Virus record (IMG/VR): IMGVR_UViG_3300033048_000096
DNA length: 64,000 nucleotides
Reading direction: 5' to 3' (one strand)
Origin: a virus
In this document: positions 29,553 through 39,048 of the stretch, piece after piece
Layout: every line of letters starts with the position of its first letter
Numbering within the stretch: position 1 is the first letter of the stretch
Made by a program: the position numbers and the translations under genes
The notes under the pieces: generated by a model
The model's input: only the letters and a program-made list of their open reading frames with translations
Database searches by the model: none
Told to the model about the DNA's origin: nothing

Positions 29553-30239
29553 TCATATACTTAACCATGGATTATTATCATAAATAACTGCGACTTTCTT
29601 AGGTAATGACATTCTAACATAACTATAATTAACGCGGTTCCACTTACCCTCTGAATGTAGATATATTAATCCCAAATCGTCAATCTTGATATTATGTCTT
29701 GGGGATAAAACTTCGCCAAACATAAAACCCGAGGTCCAACCATCACACAGAAGATCTACCGTAATCGTTCTCCTAACACAACCCCTCTCTTGCTCTGAGA
29801 TGATGCCACAGGGCTTGCAGCCTCCCTTCTTAGGCCCAGGTTTGCCGCAGGTGCCGCAAGCCTCAGGCGGCTCCTCAACGCTATTGGCAAACTTCGCACT
29901 TAACCTCTTAAACTCAGCACGCTCAGCTGCCTCAATCTCAGCCTCTTCAACCTCTTTAGCCTCTTTATACTTTATCGCTAATAAATCCAAAGGTACCGAA
30001 TACTCCGCGGGACCTAATTCGTAAATGTCAAGAGAGGTGTATCTAAAATGATCGTCACATAACCTTAGAGGATTTACAAAATCAGTCGAGCTATCTTTAT
30101 TGTTAGATAAAAGACTTTCCTCAATATTTAACCTCATCTTATCAATTGATTCTGCACGATCAAACCAATAATTAATCCCGCAACCAACCGTGTTATCACA
30201 ACTAGACTCCTGTCTAGCAACTATTAAAAATCTCTTCAC
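29553..30239 (-). CDS. Hypothetical protein with CxxC motifs
   Basis: The likely start is the GTG at 30239 overlapping the TGA of 30236..30481, not 30359. Confidence 0.55.
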   Translation of the reverse strand: MKRFLIVARQESSCDNTVGCGINYWFDRAESIDKMRLNIEESLLSNNKDSSTDFVNPLRLCDDHFRYTSLDIYELGPAEYSVPLDLLAIKYKEAKEVEEAEIEAAERAEFKRLSAKFANSVEEPPEACGTCGKPGPKKGGCKPCGIISEQERGCVRRTITVDLLCDGWTSGFMFGEVLSPRHNIKIDDLGLIYLHSEGKWNRVNYSYVRMSLPKKVAVIYDNNPWLSI

Positions 30240-30475
30240 TCTGAACCATCCCTTATTATATCTTTTATTTCTCTTATTGTATCTTTTAGCTTTTCTTCTT
30301 TGGATTTTGCCATCTTCAGAGTAAACATACTTACAGGAGCTATCTCGTGAATCATCCAACCTGCAGTAGGTGTCTTAATAGGCTCAGAAGGTACGCTCTT
30401 AGATAGTTTTCTGACAGGACCGCTCCCGTGTCTTTTAATCTCCGCTTCCGATGGTATTATGATTTTATTTCCCAT
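30236..30475 (-). CDS. Hypothetical protein
   Basis: MGNKIIIPS... preceded by a GGGGG RBS-like run; divergent from the plus-strand ART gene. Confidence 0.55.
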   Translation of the reverse strand: MGNKIIIPSEAEIKRHGSGPVRKLSKSVPSEPIKTPTAGWMIHEIAPVSMFTLKMAKSKEEKLKDTIREIKDIIRDGSE

Positions 30476-30562
30476 AAACAAACCCCCACATATATCTTAC
30501 CCATAATACATTAACGTAACAATAAAATGTTAATTACATTCTAATAATTAAATCACACTAAA

Positions 30563-31669
30563 ATGAGGGCGATAATGAAAGAACAACTAGACACGCTGCG
30601 AAAATGGCTGAAACAAAATAACTTCCGAAAAGAAGCAAATATCGTACGTAAACTAATTAACAAAAAATCTATGCTCATTAACGGCGAACCAAATGACTCA
30701 GGAATAATCGCATACAAAGAAAATATATGGCGGCTCTCAGAATATGAAGAAATAGACGAAAATATTAGAAAAGAAATAAATGAAAAACTTGGCACAAAAG
30801 AATGGCTCGACTTCAATGACCTACGCGAAGAACTAGACGAATTAGAAAGATTCGACGTTCTAATTGGCACACTCGATGACGGAGACCTCTACATATATAA
30901 TACTACTCTAACCATGGACCCCAAATCCTCTGTCCTAGTTAAAAAAGTTACCAAAGAATTAAAACTAAATAATGTATACTTATATGCAGAAGAAATAGGC
31001 GACGAAGAAAGAATACCAAGATATATCATGAAAGGAAAAACTATAGATGTCGCTTATCATGGAACCTCTACCAAATATCTTCAAAGCATACTCAAATTCG
31101 GGATCGCTCCAAATAAAGAAAAATCAAACTATAAAGATATAGAACACCCAGATGCTATATTCTTCTCATCAAGATTCCTCGAAGCTAAAAATCATGCAAC
31201 ACATACCGCTACCAAGAACGGTGGCGATCCAATGATTCTCGAATTTAAAATACCAAACAAAAATCTCCTAATACCAGACTATGACGTCGATATTAAATCA
31301 GGAGAATCAGGCATCTATGACTATATCCCAAGCAGGGTCAGAGAAGATAACGCCAGTAACTCCGAAATGAAAGGATCAAGCAACTCCTTGTCTAGAGAAT
31401 TCGGAATCTATGGCTATAAAGGAAGAATTCCAAGCTCATTCATTGACTTCTATTATATACTCATGAACTCAGACGAAAACTACGAAGAAGACACCTCATA
31501 CAAATCAAAAGAACATTACACTAAAGCAACTAAAGAAGAAGCCGCTGTATATGCCAGAACCAAAGAAGAATTTGGATTCGGAATGATCGAATATGATGAA
31601 GAAGACTACGAAGAAGAAGATGATGAAGAATACGAAGAATACGAAGAAGATAACCAGCTGAACTCGTAA
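30563..31669 (+). CDS. ADP-ribosyltransferase-fold protein (HGT motif; Tpt1/KptA- or PARP-like)
   Basis: AYHGTS..L.SILKFGI.P...AIFFS....A..HA......GGDPMILEFKIP...YKGRIP; acidic tail; the only substantial plus-strand gene. Confidence 0.7.
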   Translation: MRAIMKEQLDTLRKWLKQNNFRKEANIVRKLINKKSMLINGEPNDSGIIAYKENIWRLSEYEEIDENIRKEINEKLGTKEWLDFNDLREELDELERFDVLIGTLDDGDLYIYNTTLTMDPKSSVLVKKVTKELKLNNVYLYAEEIGDEERIPRYIMKGKTIDVAYHGTSTKYLQSILKFGIAPNKEKSNYKDIEHPDAIFFSSRFLEAKNHATHTATKNGGDPMILEFKIPNKNLLIPDYDVDIKSGESGIYDYIPSRVREDNASNSEMKGSSNSLSREFGIYGYKGRIPSSFIDFYYILMNSDENYEEDTSYKSKEHYTKATKEEAAVYARTKEEFGFGMIEYDEEDYEEEDDEEYEEYEEDNQLNS

Positions 31670-31712
31670 ACATAATTAAACTGTCTATGCAAAATCCTGA
31701 CAAAAGAACTCT

Positions 31713-31970
31713 CTACTCCTTACAACTCGAATCATACTTGACTCGCTCATTCTCCTCTCTTATTATTCGCTTTATATACTTATCCGCAGACTCTAATTCC
31801 GGGTAATAAAGAGCCACATAGTCTAATATATTCTTCTTCATAATTCCCTGCATACCGCCGCGACAACTATATGCACTTAATAAGTTGCTTAACTTATTCT
31901 TAACCAACTTATTCTCAACCAACTTATTCTTAACCAACTTGCTTACCTCACTCACTAATACCTCCATCAT
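31713..31970 (-). CDS. Hypothetical protein with 15-bp tandem repeats
   Basis: (KLVKN/KLVEN) repeats encoded by AACTTATTCTYAACC x3 at 31891-31935. Confidence 0.55.
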   Translation of the reverse strand: MMEVLVSEVSKLVKNKLVENKLVKNKLSNLLSAYSCRGGMQGIMKKNILDYVALYYPELESADKYIKRIIREENERVKYDSSCKE

Positions 31971-33276
31971 TACTCATCTTTTTAACCATCTTCTTTATGT
32001 GATCCAAAATAAACTCCGGCGTATGGACGTGCTTTACGAAATTACAAGTTCCACAACATGGTACCACATTGTCTTCCGTATAGCCACCGTCAGAATCTAT
32101 CCTGTCAAAACGGGACATGTCAAGCTCAACGCCGCAGTAATGACACTCCGCATTCCAATTAGAAATAACAAACTCCTTCGTTAACCCAAAATATATGCCG
32201 CGACGATCAGCGCCACGCCTCAATGATGTAAAACGCTCCCCAGGGGCCACACCATATCTCTTGCCGTTACGACTCCTCGCTCTCTTTAAAGGCTTCTGCT
32301 TACTACCTTTTTTATAACCAAAATTATTGCACTCATGATCGGAATTGTTGCCAAACTCCATGATCTTGTTTTTATCCATCTGCTTAATCATCTTTCTTAA
32401 ATGTGCTAAAAGAAACTCGGGCGTGTGAGTAAGCTTCACATAATTACAGTTCTTACAACAGGGAACCACGTTGGCCTCCGTATATCCCTTGTCCGAATCT
32501 ACCCGATCAAAACGAGCTATGTCAAGCTTCACTCCGCAGTAATTACAATCCGCATTCCAATTGGCAATCATAAACTCCTTCGTTAACTCAAAATATATAC
32601 CGCGAGACTTGGCACCGGACCTTAATGAAACAAAACGACCATTGTGAGTTAGGCTATGCTCCTTATGCCTTTTTAATATCCTCTTCCTGTTCTTTTTGTA
32701 ATGCTCCTTTCCTATGTTCGGATTCGCTTCCTTATATTTAGCCGAACTTATGCGGGCAGCCGCTTTAGCGTGATCGCTCTTCATATATTCAACATTATAT
32801 TTTGTGTGGCAATCCTTACAAGAGGTGCTAAAGCCGTCATCTCTTGTACTATCTTTTGAGAATTTATGAATAGACCTTTCCTCTTTGCACTTAGAACATT
32901 TTTTGCTCGTCTTTATGACCCCACTCGCATGATAAGCTGCTGCATTTTGCTTTCTCTTATTTGTGCGGCAACTCCTGCAGGTCCCTTCTCGACCATCTCT
33001 AGTCATGCCAGACTTATTAAAGCTAGAAAGGTGAAATGTTTCCTTACAGGCATTACAGGCTTTATATGCTTTTATAACGTACTTCGGTTTAGGATTTAAA
33101 GCATTTTTGGCATCTCTCTTTATCTTCCTAGCTATACTATAGCATGGCTTACATTTATTACTGTATCCATCTCTAGTAGCCTTGTTTACAGTGTAACTGT
33201 CGTATCCTAATAATTCTCCGCAGTCATTGCATTGTTTCTTTTTATCTTCACTCATTTCGCTATTCCTTAATCTCAC
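31948..33276 (-). CDS. Homing endonuclease: 3 zinc-finger repeats plus two tandem HNH-like domains
   Basis: Three KxCxxC...F......DG....CxxC units; two copies of C.YCG......FDR.DSD.GYTE.NVVPCC..CN.VK. Confidence 0.85.
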   Translation of the reverse strand: MRLRNSEMSEDKKKQCNDCGELLGYDSYTVNKATRDGYSNKCKPCYSIARKIKRDAKNALNPKPKYVIKAYKACNACKETFHLSSFNKSGMTRDGREGTCRSCRTNKRKQNAAAYHASGVIKTSKKCSKCKEERSIHKFSKDSTRDDGFSTSCKDCHTKYNVEYMKSDHAKAAARISSAKYKEANPNIGKEHYKKNRKRILKRHKEHSLTHNGRFVSLRSGAKSRGIYFELTKEFMIANWNADCNYCGVKLDIARFDRVDSDKGYTEANVVPCCKNCNYVKLTHTPEFLLAHLRKMIKQMDKNKIMEFGNNSDHECNNFGYKKGSKQKPLKRARSRNGKRYGVAPGERFTSLRRGADRRGIYFGLTKEFVISNWNAECHYCGVELDMSRFDRIDSDGGYTEDNVVPCCGTCNFVKHVHTPEFILDHIKKMVKKMSNDGGISE

Positions 33277-33891
33277 TCATCTTTTTAACCATATCACTTC
33301 TGTCTTTTTAATATTCTTCTGTAATGCTCTTTTCCCGCGCCCGAACCTCCGTATTGTTATGTTTACGCGATCATACTATTTGACGTAATTATTCCTAATA
33401 TGCCCTGATTGATATTTTGCATGGCAATCCTTACAGGAGGTGTTGAAGCCGTCACCTCTTGTACTATCTTTTGAGAATTTATGAATAGACCTTTCCTCTT
33501 TGCACTTAGAACATTTTTTACTTGTTTTTATAATTTCCTTCGCATGATAAGCTGCTGCATTTTGCTTCCGCCTATTTATTCGGCAACTCCTGCAGGAACC
33601 CTCCCTACCGTCTCTAGTTAGCTTAGACCTATCAAAGTTAGAAAGGTGAAATGTTTCCTTGCAAGCCTTGCAGGCTTTATATGCTTTTATAACGTACTTC
33701 GGTTTAGGATTTAAAGCATTTTTGGCATCTCTCTTTATCTTCCTAGCTCTGCTATAGCATACCTTACATTTATTACTGTATCCGTCTCTAGTAGCCTTGT
33801 TCACGCTGTAACTGTCGTATCCCAATAATTCTCCGCAGTCATTGCATTGTTTCTTTTTATCTTCACTCATTTCGCTATTCCTTAATCTCAC
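33275..33891 (-). pseudogene. Truncated, decayed tandem duplicate of the 31948..33276 HNH gene
   Basis: The first ~160 aa are nearly identical. A frameshifted remnant KEHYRRILKRQK follows, then 18 nt identical to the intact gene's 3' end (33275-33292 = 31972-31989). Both HNH domains are deleted. Confidence 0.8.
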
Positions 33892-34020
33892 ATTAACATT
33901 ACTCTTACCAGCCTCGATTAGCAGCAGATCCTCATGTTATGAGTATACCTCGTGCGCTAAAAAAAAACTATGCTATTTTTAAAATTATTTTAGGAAAAAT
34001 GACGCGGTTGCCTCACCGGC

Positions 34021-34085
34021 AAGCACCCAGAGCACCGAAACCTAGGCTCAGAGATTCGAACCTAAGCTCAGAGATTCGAACCTAA
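34021..34085. repeat. 20-bp tandem repeats (CCTARGCTCAGAGATTCGAA x2 plus partial copies) beside an AT-rich tract
   Basis: 34041-34060 and 34061-34080 differ at one base; degenerate copy at 34021; AT-rich stretch 33959-34000. Confidence 0.85.
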
Positions 34086-34088
34086 AAC

Positions 34089-34119
34089 AAAAAAAAAGAC
34101 TCTAGCCGAAGCTAAAGTC
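34089..34119 (-). terminator. Rho-independent terminator after major capsid gene
   Basis: Minus strand GACTTTAGC-TTCG-GCTAGAGTC followed by T9; cUUCGg tetraloop. Confidence 0.9.
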
Positions 34120-34155
34120 ACTCTAGTTTGCATAATGCGCCCAAAATGGGGGTTA

Positions 34156-35178
34156 TTAGTCGGTTACGTAACCGCTAGCAACGCCTCTGGGGTTAACTAT
34201 GCCGATTCCCAATATCTCAGATACCACCCATCCTAGCTTCAGCTGCTTGGGTTCATCAGCGGGAAGAACTTCAATATCTTGCCTTATGGGCATAACTCCT
34301 ACGAATTCTGGATCCGCGGTAGCAAAGACTTGTTTAGGCGGCACGATTTTGGAGACGATAATATCTGCCCCAAAGAGGTGTCCATAGAGTCCAGTTTGAA
34401 GTAGTTCACGTTGGGTCACAGGATCGACCTGAGAGGCACCAGCGGCACCAGCGGATTCCCAGTTAAGCATATCAGTAAATTCACGAATATTCATGAAGTA
34501 CTTAGCAGTAACATTATCCCAGCCATCGATTTCGCGCTTAAGTCTGAGTAATCCTTGCTTAGACAGTTCGGAAGTTACGATACCATTATCAAGAGTTTGC
34601 AGGCTATTTTCACCACCACGAGCGGCATCAGAAGCGAAATCTAGAGCAGCGAAGACATTGGAGTCTTCTTGCGCTTGAATTTCCTGACGAGCTTTCTGTT
34701 GAGCACGATCGATTACATTGAATCTACGTCTCTTAACTTCAGCGATACGCACAGTAGGATTAGAAACGATTTCGAATTCGGGAACAGAAACTCTATCACC
34801 GAACACGCGTGATTCGGGTACAGAGCCGTTGCTAGAAATAACAACAGCGCTGACATCGATATCACGATCATATATAGCGAGAGCGCCTTGCGGGAGCGGA
34901 TCAACTACGAGAGCTTTACGTCCGACACCTTGATAATCGAGGTTTCTTCGGATTGGGTTAGCCATAGCTTGTCCTAATGCAATTTTCCCTTCCATGGTAG
35001 AAAGAGCTTGATGAATCATCTCGTCTCTTTGTGACTCATTGAATGAGGGTGATTGAGTTAGGCTAGAACTGGATGGGCTAAGTTCATCGATAATTGAGGC
35101 GTACTTAACAATTTTGCTTAGAGCATCCTTGACATTACCTGCACTTAGTTCACCTTGTGTATTAAATATATTAGACAT
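34156..35178 (-). CDS. Major capsid protein (HK97 fold)
   Basis: 340 aa; MANPIRRNLDYQGVGRKALVVDPLPQG, PEFEIVSNP, EIQAQED, G.LFGADIIVS..VP, GW..SE..GIGIVNPRGV; AGGAG RBS; strong terminator. Confidence 0.9.
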   Translation of the reverse strand: MSNIFNTQGELSAGNVKDALSKIVKYASIIDELSPSSSSLTQSPSFNESQRDEMIHQALSTMEGKIALGQAMANPIRRNLDYQGVGRKALVVDPLPQGALAIYDRDIDVSAVVISSNGSVPESRVFGDRVSVPEFEIVSNPTVRIAEVKRRRFNVIDRAQQKARQEIQAQEDSNVFAALDFASDAARGGENSLQTLDNGIVTSELSKQGLLRLKREIDGWDNVTAKYFMNIREFTDMLNWESAGAAGASQVDPVTQRELLQTGLYGHLFGADIIVSKIVPPKQVFATADPEFVGVMPIRQDIEVLPADEPKQLKLGWVVSEILGIGIVNPRGVASGYVTD

Positions 35179-35187
35179 AATATCTCC

Positions 35188-35844
35188 TTATACGCCTACG
35201 CCAAGTAGGTAAAGTGCACAGTGCTCGACTTGTGGAGTGCCAAGACCTGCGTAAGAAGCTGTGGTTGACACTAGTGACTTATCTGACACTAGGCCTAGAG
35301 CGCGCGCGACAGTGTCACCGACTCCTGTGGTGGTAAGCTTACCGCGATCAGCAGCCGCACCAGCGACAGCGAAGACATCGTCACCGAGAACGGCAGCATC
35401 AAATTCTGCTGAATCGCTCCAAGCATCTGAAGTGACTCCATAGAGACCTGGTTTGGTCCACAGGGTAGCTTTTCCTGAGCCACGAATGGTTGAGGGTCCG
35501 ATAACGACAGTACCGACACCGGGCATACCACCTACGCCAGTTCCCTGACCTACGGTAGCTCCGATAACTTGTCCGAACATAGTTCCGTATCCTTTTCTGC
35601 CGAGACCTGCTGAGCTACCTTCATCAAGTAGTCCATACACATCTGTGGTTGAGTCTAAAGCAGTATCCGCTAGGCGCAAGTGCACAGCTGGTCCGTTCTG
35701 AAATACATCAGCGGCGTAACCATCTGTAGCATAATCGATAGCGCGAAAAATGGCTAGTTCGCCACCAACAACTAAGTCAGTGTCGTCATCTTCGATATCG
35801 AATTGCCCTAGGGGCTCAATTCCTGGTTGTAGTAAAATTAACAT
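35188..35844 (-). CDS. Capsid decoration/cement-like protein
   Basis: Gly-rich 218 aa immediately upstream of the MCP; GSGKATLW..PGLYGV motif paralogous to GSGRVTVF..RGFYAT in 39049..39741. Confidence 0.6.
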   Translation of the reverse strand: MLILLQPGIEPLGQFDIEDDDTDLVVGGELAIFRAIDYATDGYAADVFQNGPAVHLRLADTALDSTTDVYGLLDEGSSAGLGRKGYGTMFGQVIGATVGQGTGVGGMPGVGTVVIGPSTIRGSGKATLWTKPGLYGVTSDAWSDSAEFDAAVLGDDVFAVAGAAADRGKLTTTGVGDTVARALGLVSDKSLVSTTASYAGLGTPQVEHCALYLLGVGV

Positions 35845-35919
35845 TTTTCCAGTTCTCCCTAAAAATTATTGTTTTAAGATATGATATCACCATAAGATTG
35901 GTGAGATCAAGAGTTTGTT

Positions 35920-38538
35920 TTAAATAGACATCAGCTTTTGAAGAGCATTGTCTATAAGATCTGAGGCTTCGTTCAATCCTGAATCGTCAGCCTGGTCTCC
36001 TAACTTAACTAAGTTTTGTATAACCCAGGCGTGTCTTCCTCTGAAGTTACCTGAAGGCATGCTTAACGCAACGCCTTTGTTATGTCTATGTTGTTCGATT
36101 TGGTTTTCAACAACTCCTCCCTTCCCCATGGCATCAGCGATATCGATGGTTTTCGGATGAGCGGCTCCAATCAGATCGGCACCTGACTCGTTATGAACCT
36201 TATAAAGCTTAACGAAGTCAGCTTCAGATTTGCCAAGTTTATTATCATACATGCTTTTTAGCCCTGCATAATAAGATTTAGCGTATTGGTCCTCAAGACC
36301 TGCGACAGCATCTTGGAAGTATTGTTTTGAAATTTGATCTGCTTTCTTATGCATATCTTTATTAATCCCATTGTCATAAATAACACTTGATTCGTTAGAA
36401 TTAGCAGGTTTCGTAAATTTTTGTGTAAAAAAGTTATTATTTTTTTGATTAGCATATTTTCCTAACTTCCCTCTATAAAACTTGACAGCATTTTTCCACC
36501 CGCTCATTCGTTTCCTTCCGACCTTATCTAGGTTTTGCCTTACAAATTTTCTAAGATCGGTTCTATTGAATATTTTATTGAGGTATAGATATTTTAGAGA
36601 TCTAAGATAATCATTTTGATTATTCTGAGTTTTGGTAAGCCACCCGCCCCATTTATTCTCTGGGTCAGTAAAGGCTAAACCTTCTGGTGTGTTTAGTACT
36701 TTCTTGATGATTCTTGGGGCGGCGCTTCTCATTCCTCTGCTTAGGCGGCTTATATCTATATCTTCATTGTTGATGGAGACAATTTGAGGGTAGGGATTAT
36801 CTTTATTTGAGAGAGGCTCTTCTGTGTTTTGTTGGTTAGTGTTTTCTGCTGGTCTAGCTATTGGTTGATTTATGCCTCTGGATTCTTCTTTTTGGTTATC
36901 ACTTGGTTCGTCTAACAGTTCGTCTGAGTATTGCATAGCTTGCATCATTATTTCTTTGAATTCGAGTGTATTTTCTGACAAAGCAGTTAGAGCATTAATA
37001 GCTTCGTCAAATCCATTCCCTGCGTTTAGGTCTTGTTTTATATCTTCTTGTAGTTTTAGGTAGTTATCTACATAGGCTTCCATAGTTGTAAGATCAGTGA
37101 GAGCGTCAAAGAATTCTGCTTTGGATAGGTCTTCTTTCTTTAAGTTATCTAGTGAGTTGAATGATTTGAGTATAATTTCAATTAGTTCTGATGTTTGATT
37201 AAGGCCATTGGATCCTTCTTTGAAGTTAAGCTCCCTTAATTTTCTTATTGCATTATATTGGTTAGCTCTAAGTTGGTCTATTTCTTCTTCGGCTAATTGG
37301 AAGTTACTTCTGAGCCAATTAATCCAAGCATAAACTGCTCCTTCGCTAACTAATCCTGCTATAGCTAAGAAGGTCAATCCTTTTATCAGTGTTGCCGAGG
37401 TTCCCAGTATTTTTGGGCTATTCTTAAGAAACAATTTCATAATAAATGCTGTAGCTGTGGACGGTCTTGATGGTTTTGAAGTTACTTTAGCGACTTCTTT
37501 GGCTGCTTTTGCTGCGCCTTCCTTTGATGCCTTGGCTGTTGCTTTAGATACGGTCTTAGCGGCCGCTGGGGAGGCTTTGGTTACAGCTTTGGTTGCTGAC
37601 GCGGTATCCTTTGAGGCTTGTCGTGCGGCCGCTGAGGTTGCTTTTGCCGCGAAAGAGTTTTCTCCCGCCGCTTCTTTCGCTGCTTTAGCTAGCCCCTCTA
37701 GGTATCCAGCTTTTCTTGATTCATCTATAGCTTTTGCGAGTTCTTTCTTATGTTTAGCTGCAAGCTTTATTCCTTCTTCTGAGAGGTTTTTTATTGTACT
37801 TTCCAGTCCGCTTATATTGTCGGCACCTTTGGCTACATCATCTTTGAGTGTTTTTATTAGATTCCCTTTTTCATCTAGTTTCCCTCCGAGATCTAATATT
37901 TTTTTCTCTAAGGTATCGACCATTGCTTCTGATTTTTTAAGAACAAAGATTGATTTTTTATATAATTCTTCTAGATTAAGTTTTTCATTTAGCAATTCGC
38001 TTGTTTCTTTGGATGCTTTTAGTAGCGCATTTTTAGCTTTGGTAGCTTGCCCTGCCATTGAGGCTCTGCTTCTTTTTAGGTTAACCATCATCAATGCTAC
38101 TTCATCTACGCTTTTGTCACCTATTAGCTTCATCCCTTGAGCTATTTTGGAGATCACTGATATTTGCTCAGTCATTATGTTTGCTGCGTTAATTAATTCT
38201 GGAGCAAGCTTAGATACCTTTGGTGCGTTTTTAACGCCTAGTTCGACAACTTCTTTTCCTGCATTCATTAGTTTATTAATTTCATTAATATTTTTGCCGG
38301 TAAGTTTGGATATTTCTTCTGGCGTTATCATGCCTGACTTAAGAGCTTTAATTATAAAATCATCCAGTGTCATTCCGGCAGCGCTTAGTAGTGTCTTGAG
38401 AGAACTTAGCCCTGATTCTTTAAGAGCCTTGATCATAGGCGCCATAACGTTAGCTTGTTTTTTGAGCATATATTTTTGCATTACTGCAGAATATTCGTCA
38501 AAGACTTCTGATGATGCTGTTTTTTGAATCCTAGACAT
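35920..38538 (-). CDS. Large coiled-coil internal head / ejection-like protein
   Basis: 872 aa; coiled coils, Ala/Lys-rich linker and one hydrophobic segment (LIKGLTFLAIAGLVSEGAVYAWINWL); located in the head module. Confidence 0.5.
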   Translation of the reverse strand: MSRIQKTASSEVFDEYSAVMQKYMLKKQANVMAPMIKALKESGLSSLKTLLSAAGMTLDDFIIKALKSGMITPEEISKLTGKNINEINKLMNAGKEVVELGVKNAPKVSKLAPELINAANIMTEQISVISKIAQGMKLIGDKSVDEVALMMVNLKRSRASMAGQATKAKNALLKASKETSELLNEKLNLEELYKKSIFVLKKSEAMVDTLEKKILDLGGKLDEKGNLIKTLKDDVAKGADNISGLESTIKNLSEEGIKLAAKHKKELAKAIDESRKAGYLEGLAKAAKEAAGENSFAAKATSAAARQASKDTASATKAVTKASPAAAKTVSKATAKASKEGAAKAAKEVAKVTSKPSRPSTATAFIMKLFLKNSPKILGTSATLIKGLTFLAIAGLVSEGAVYAWINWLRSNFQLAEEEIDQLRANQYNAIRKLRELNFKEGSNGLNQTSELIEIILKSFNSLDNLKKEDLSKAEFFDALTDLTTMEAYVDNYLKLQEDIKQDLNAGNGFDEAINALTALSENTLEFKEIMMQAMQYSDELLDEPSDNQKEESRGINQPIARPAENTNQQNTEEPLSNKDNPYPQIVSINNEDIDISRLSRGMRSAAPRIIKKVLNTPEGLAFTDPENKWGGWLTKTQNNQNDYLRSLKYLYLNKIFNRTDLRKFVRQNLDKVGRKRMSGWKNAVKFYRGKLGKYANQKNNNFFTQKFTKPANSNESSVIYDNGINKDMHKKADQISKQYFQDAVAGLEDQYAKSYYAGLKSMYDNKLGKSEADFVKLYKVHNESGADLIGAAHPKTIDIADAMGKGGVVENQIEQHRHNKGVALSMPSGNFRGRHAWVIQNLVKLGDQADDSGLNEASDLIDNALQKLMSI

Positions 38539-38540
38539 AT

Positions 38541-38963
38541 TTAGTCCTCATCGTATATGATTGAATCTATTGCTCTCTCGATTTTATATGCAACTTTGTA
38601 GTTACCCGAGTGGGAAGCCTCTGCTGCCATTTGTCCTAATTCTTCTAACAGGGATGCTTTAGCTATAGATTCTTCTTCTTGTCTTTTAGCTAGCTCTTCT
38701 TTTTCTGTTGGTTCAATTTCATCTTCGGCTAAGTTTTCTGCCATATCCATGAAGCTTCCTAACTCCTTTGATGCCGTCTGGGTATCTTTGCTAACTTGCT
38801 GAAGCTTTTGGGAGACCTGTCCAGCTTGCTGAGCTTCCACGAACTTTTCAGCTTTTTTGATTTGCATGATGGCCGCCTTTTCGATAAGAATTTTAAACTC
38901 ATCCATTGTGGTTATCTGCGCCTCATTCCATTTTTCTTTGTAATCAACATATTGTCTAGCCAT
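38541..38963 (-). CDS. Putative internal head protein
   Basis: Start MARQY with AAGGGG RBS; C-terminal helical-hairpin motif shared with neighbours. Confidence 0.5.
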   Translation of the reverse strand: MARQYVDYKEKWNEAQITTMDEFKILIEKAAIMQIKKAEKFVEAQQAGQVSQKLQQVSKDTQTASKELGSFMDMAENLAEDEIEPTEKEELAKRQEEESIAKASLLEELGQMAAEASHSGNYKVAYKIERAIDSIIYDED

Positions 38964-39048
38964 AATAAACCCCTTACCTATCAAGAAAAATAATTAGTAT
39001 TTAACTATTTTAGTTACCGCGTATATAATATTTTATCCATATTAATTC

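Noticed and set aside
30240-30359. ORF-track start at 30359 for the 268-aa protein
   Set aside because: It overlaps the 30236..30475 gene by more than 120 nt; the GTG at 30239 coupled to that gene's TGA is more plausible.
34041-34085. Minus-strand GGTTCGAATC twice, resembling a tRNA T-loop
   Set aside because: The flanks do not form a T-stem and no cloverleaf is possible; it is part of a 20-bp tandem repeat. No tRNA gene was recognised in the window.
37457-38527. Long plus-strand ORFs of 227 and 126 aa (and many similar shadow ORFs throughout)
   Set aside because: They are antisense shadows in register with real minus-strand genes, with no RBS or recognisable motifs.
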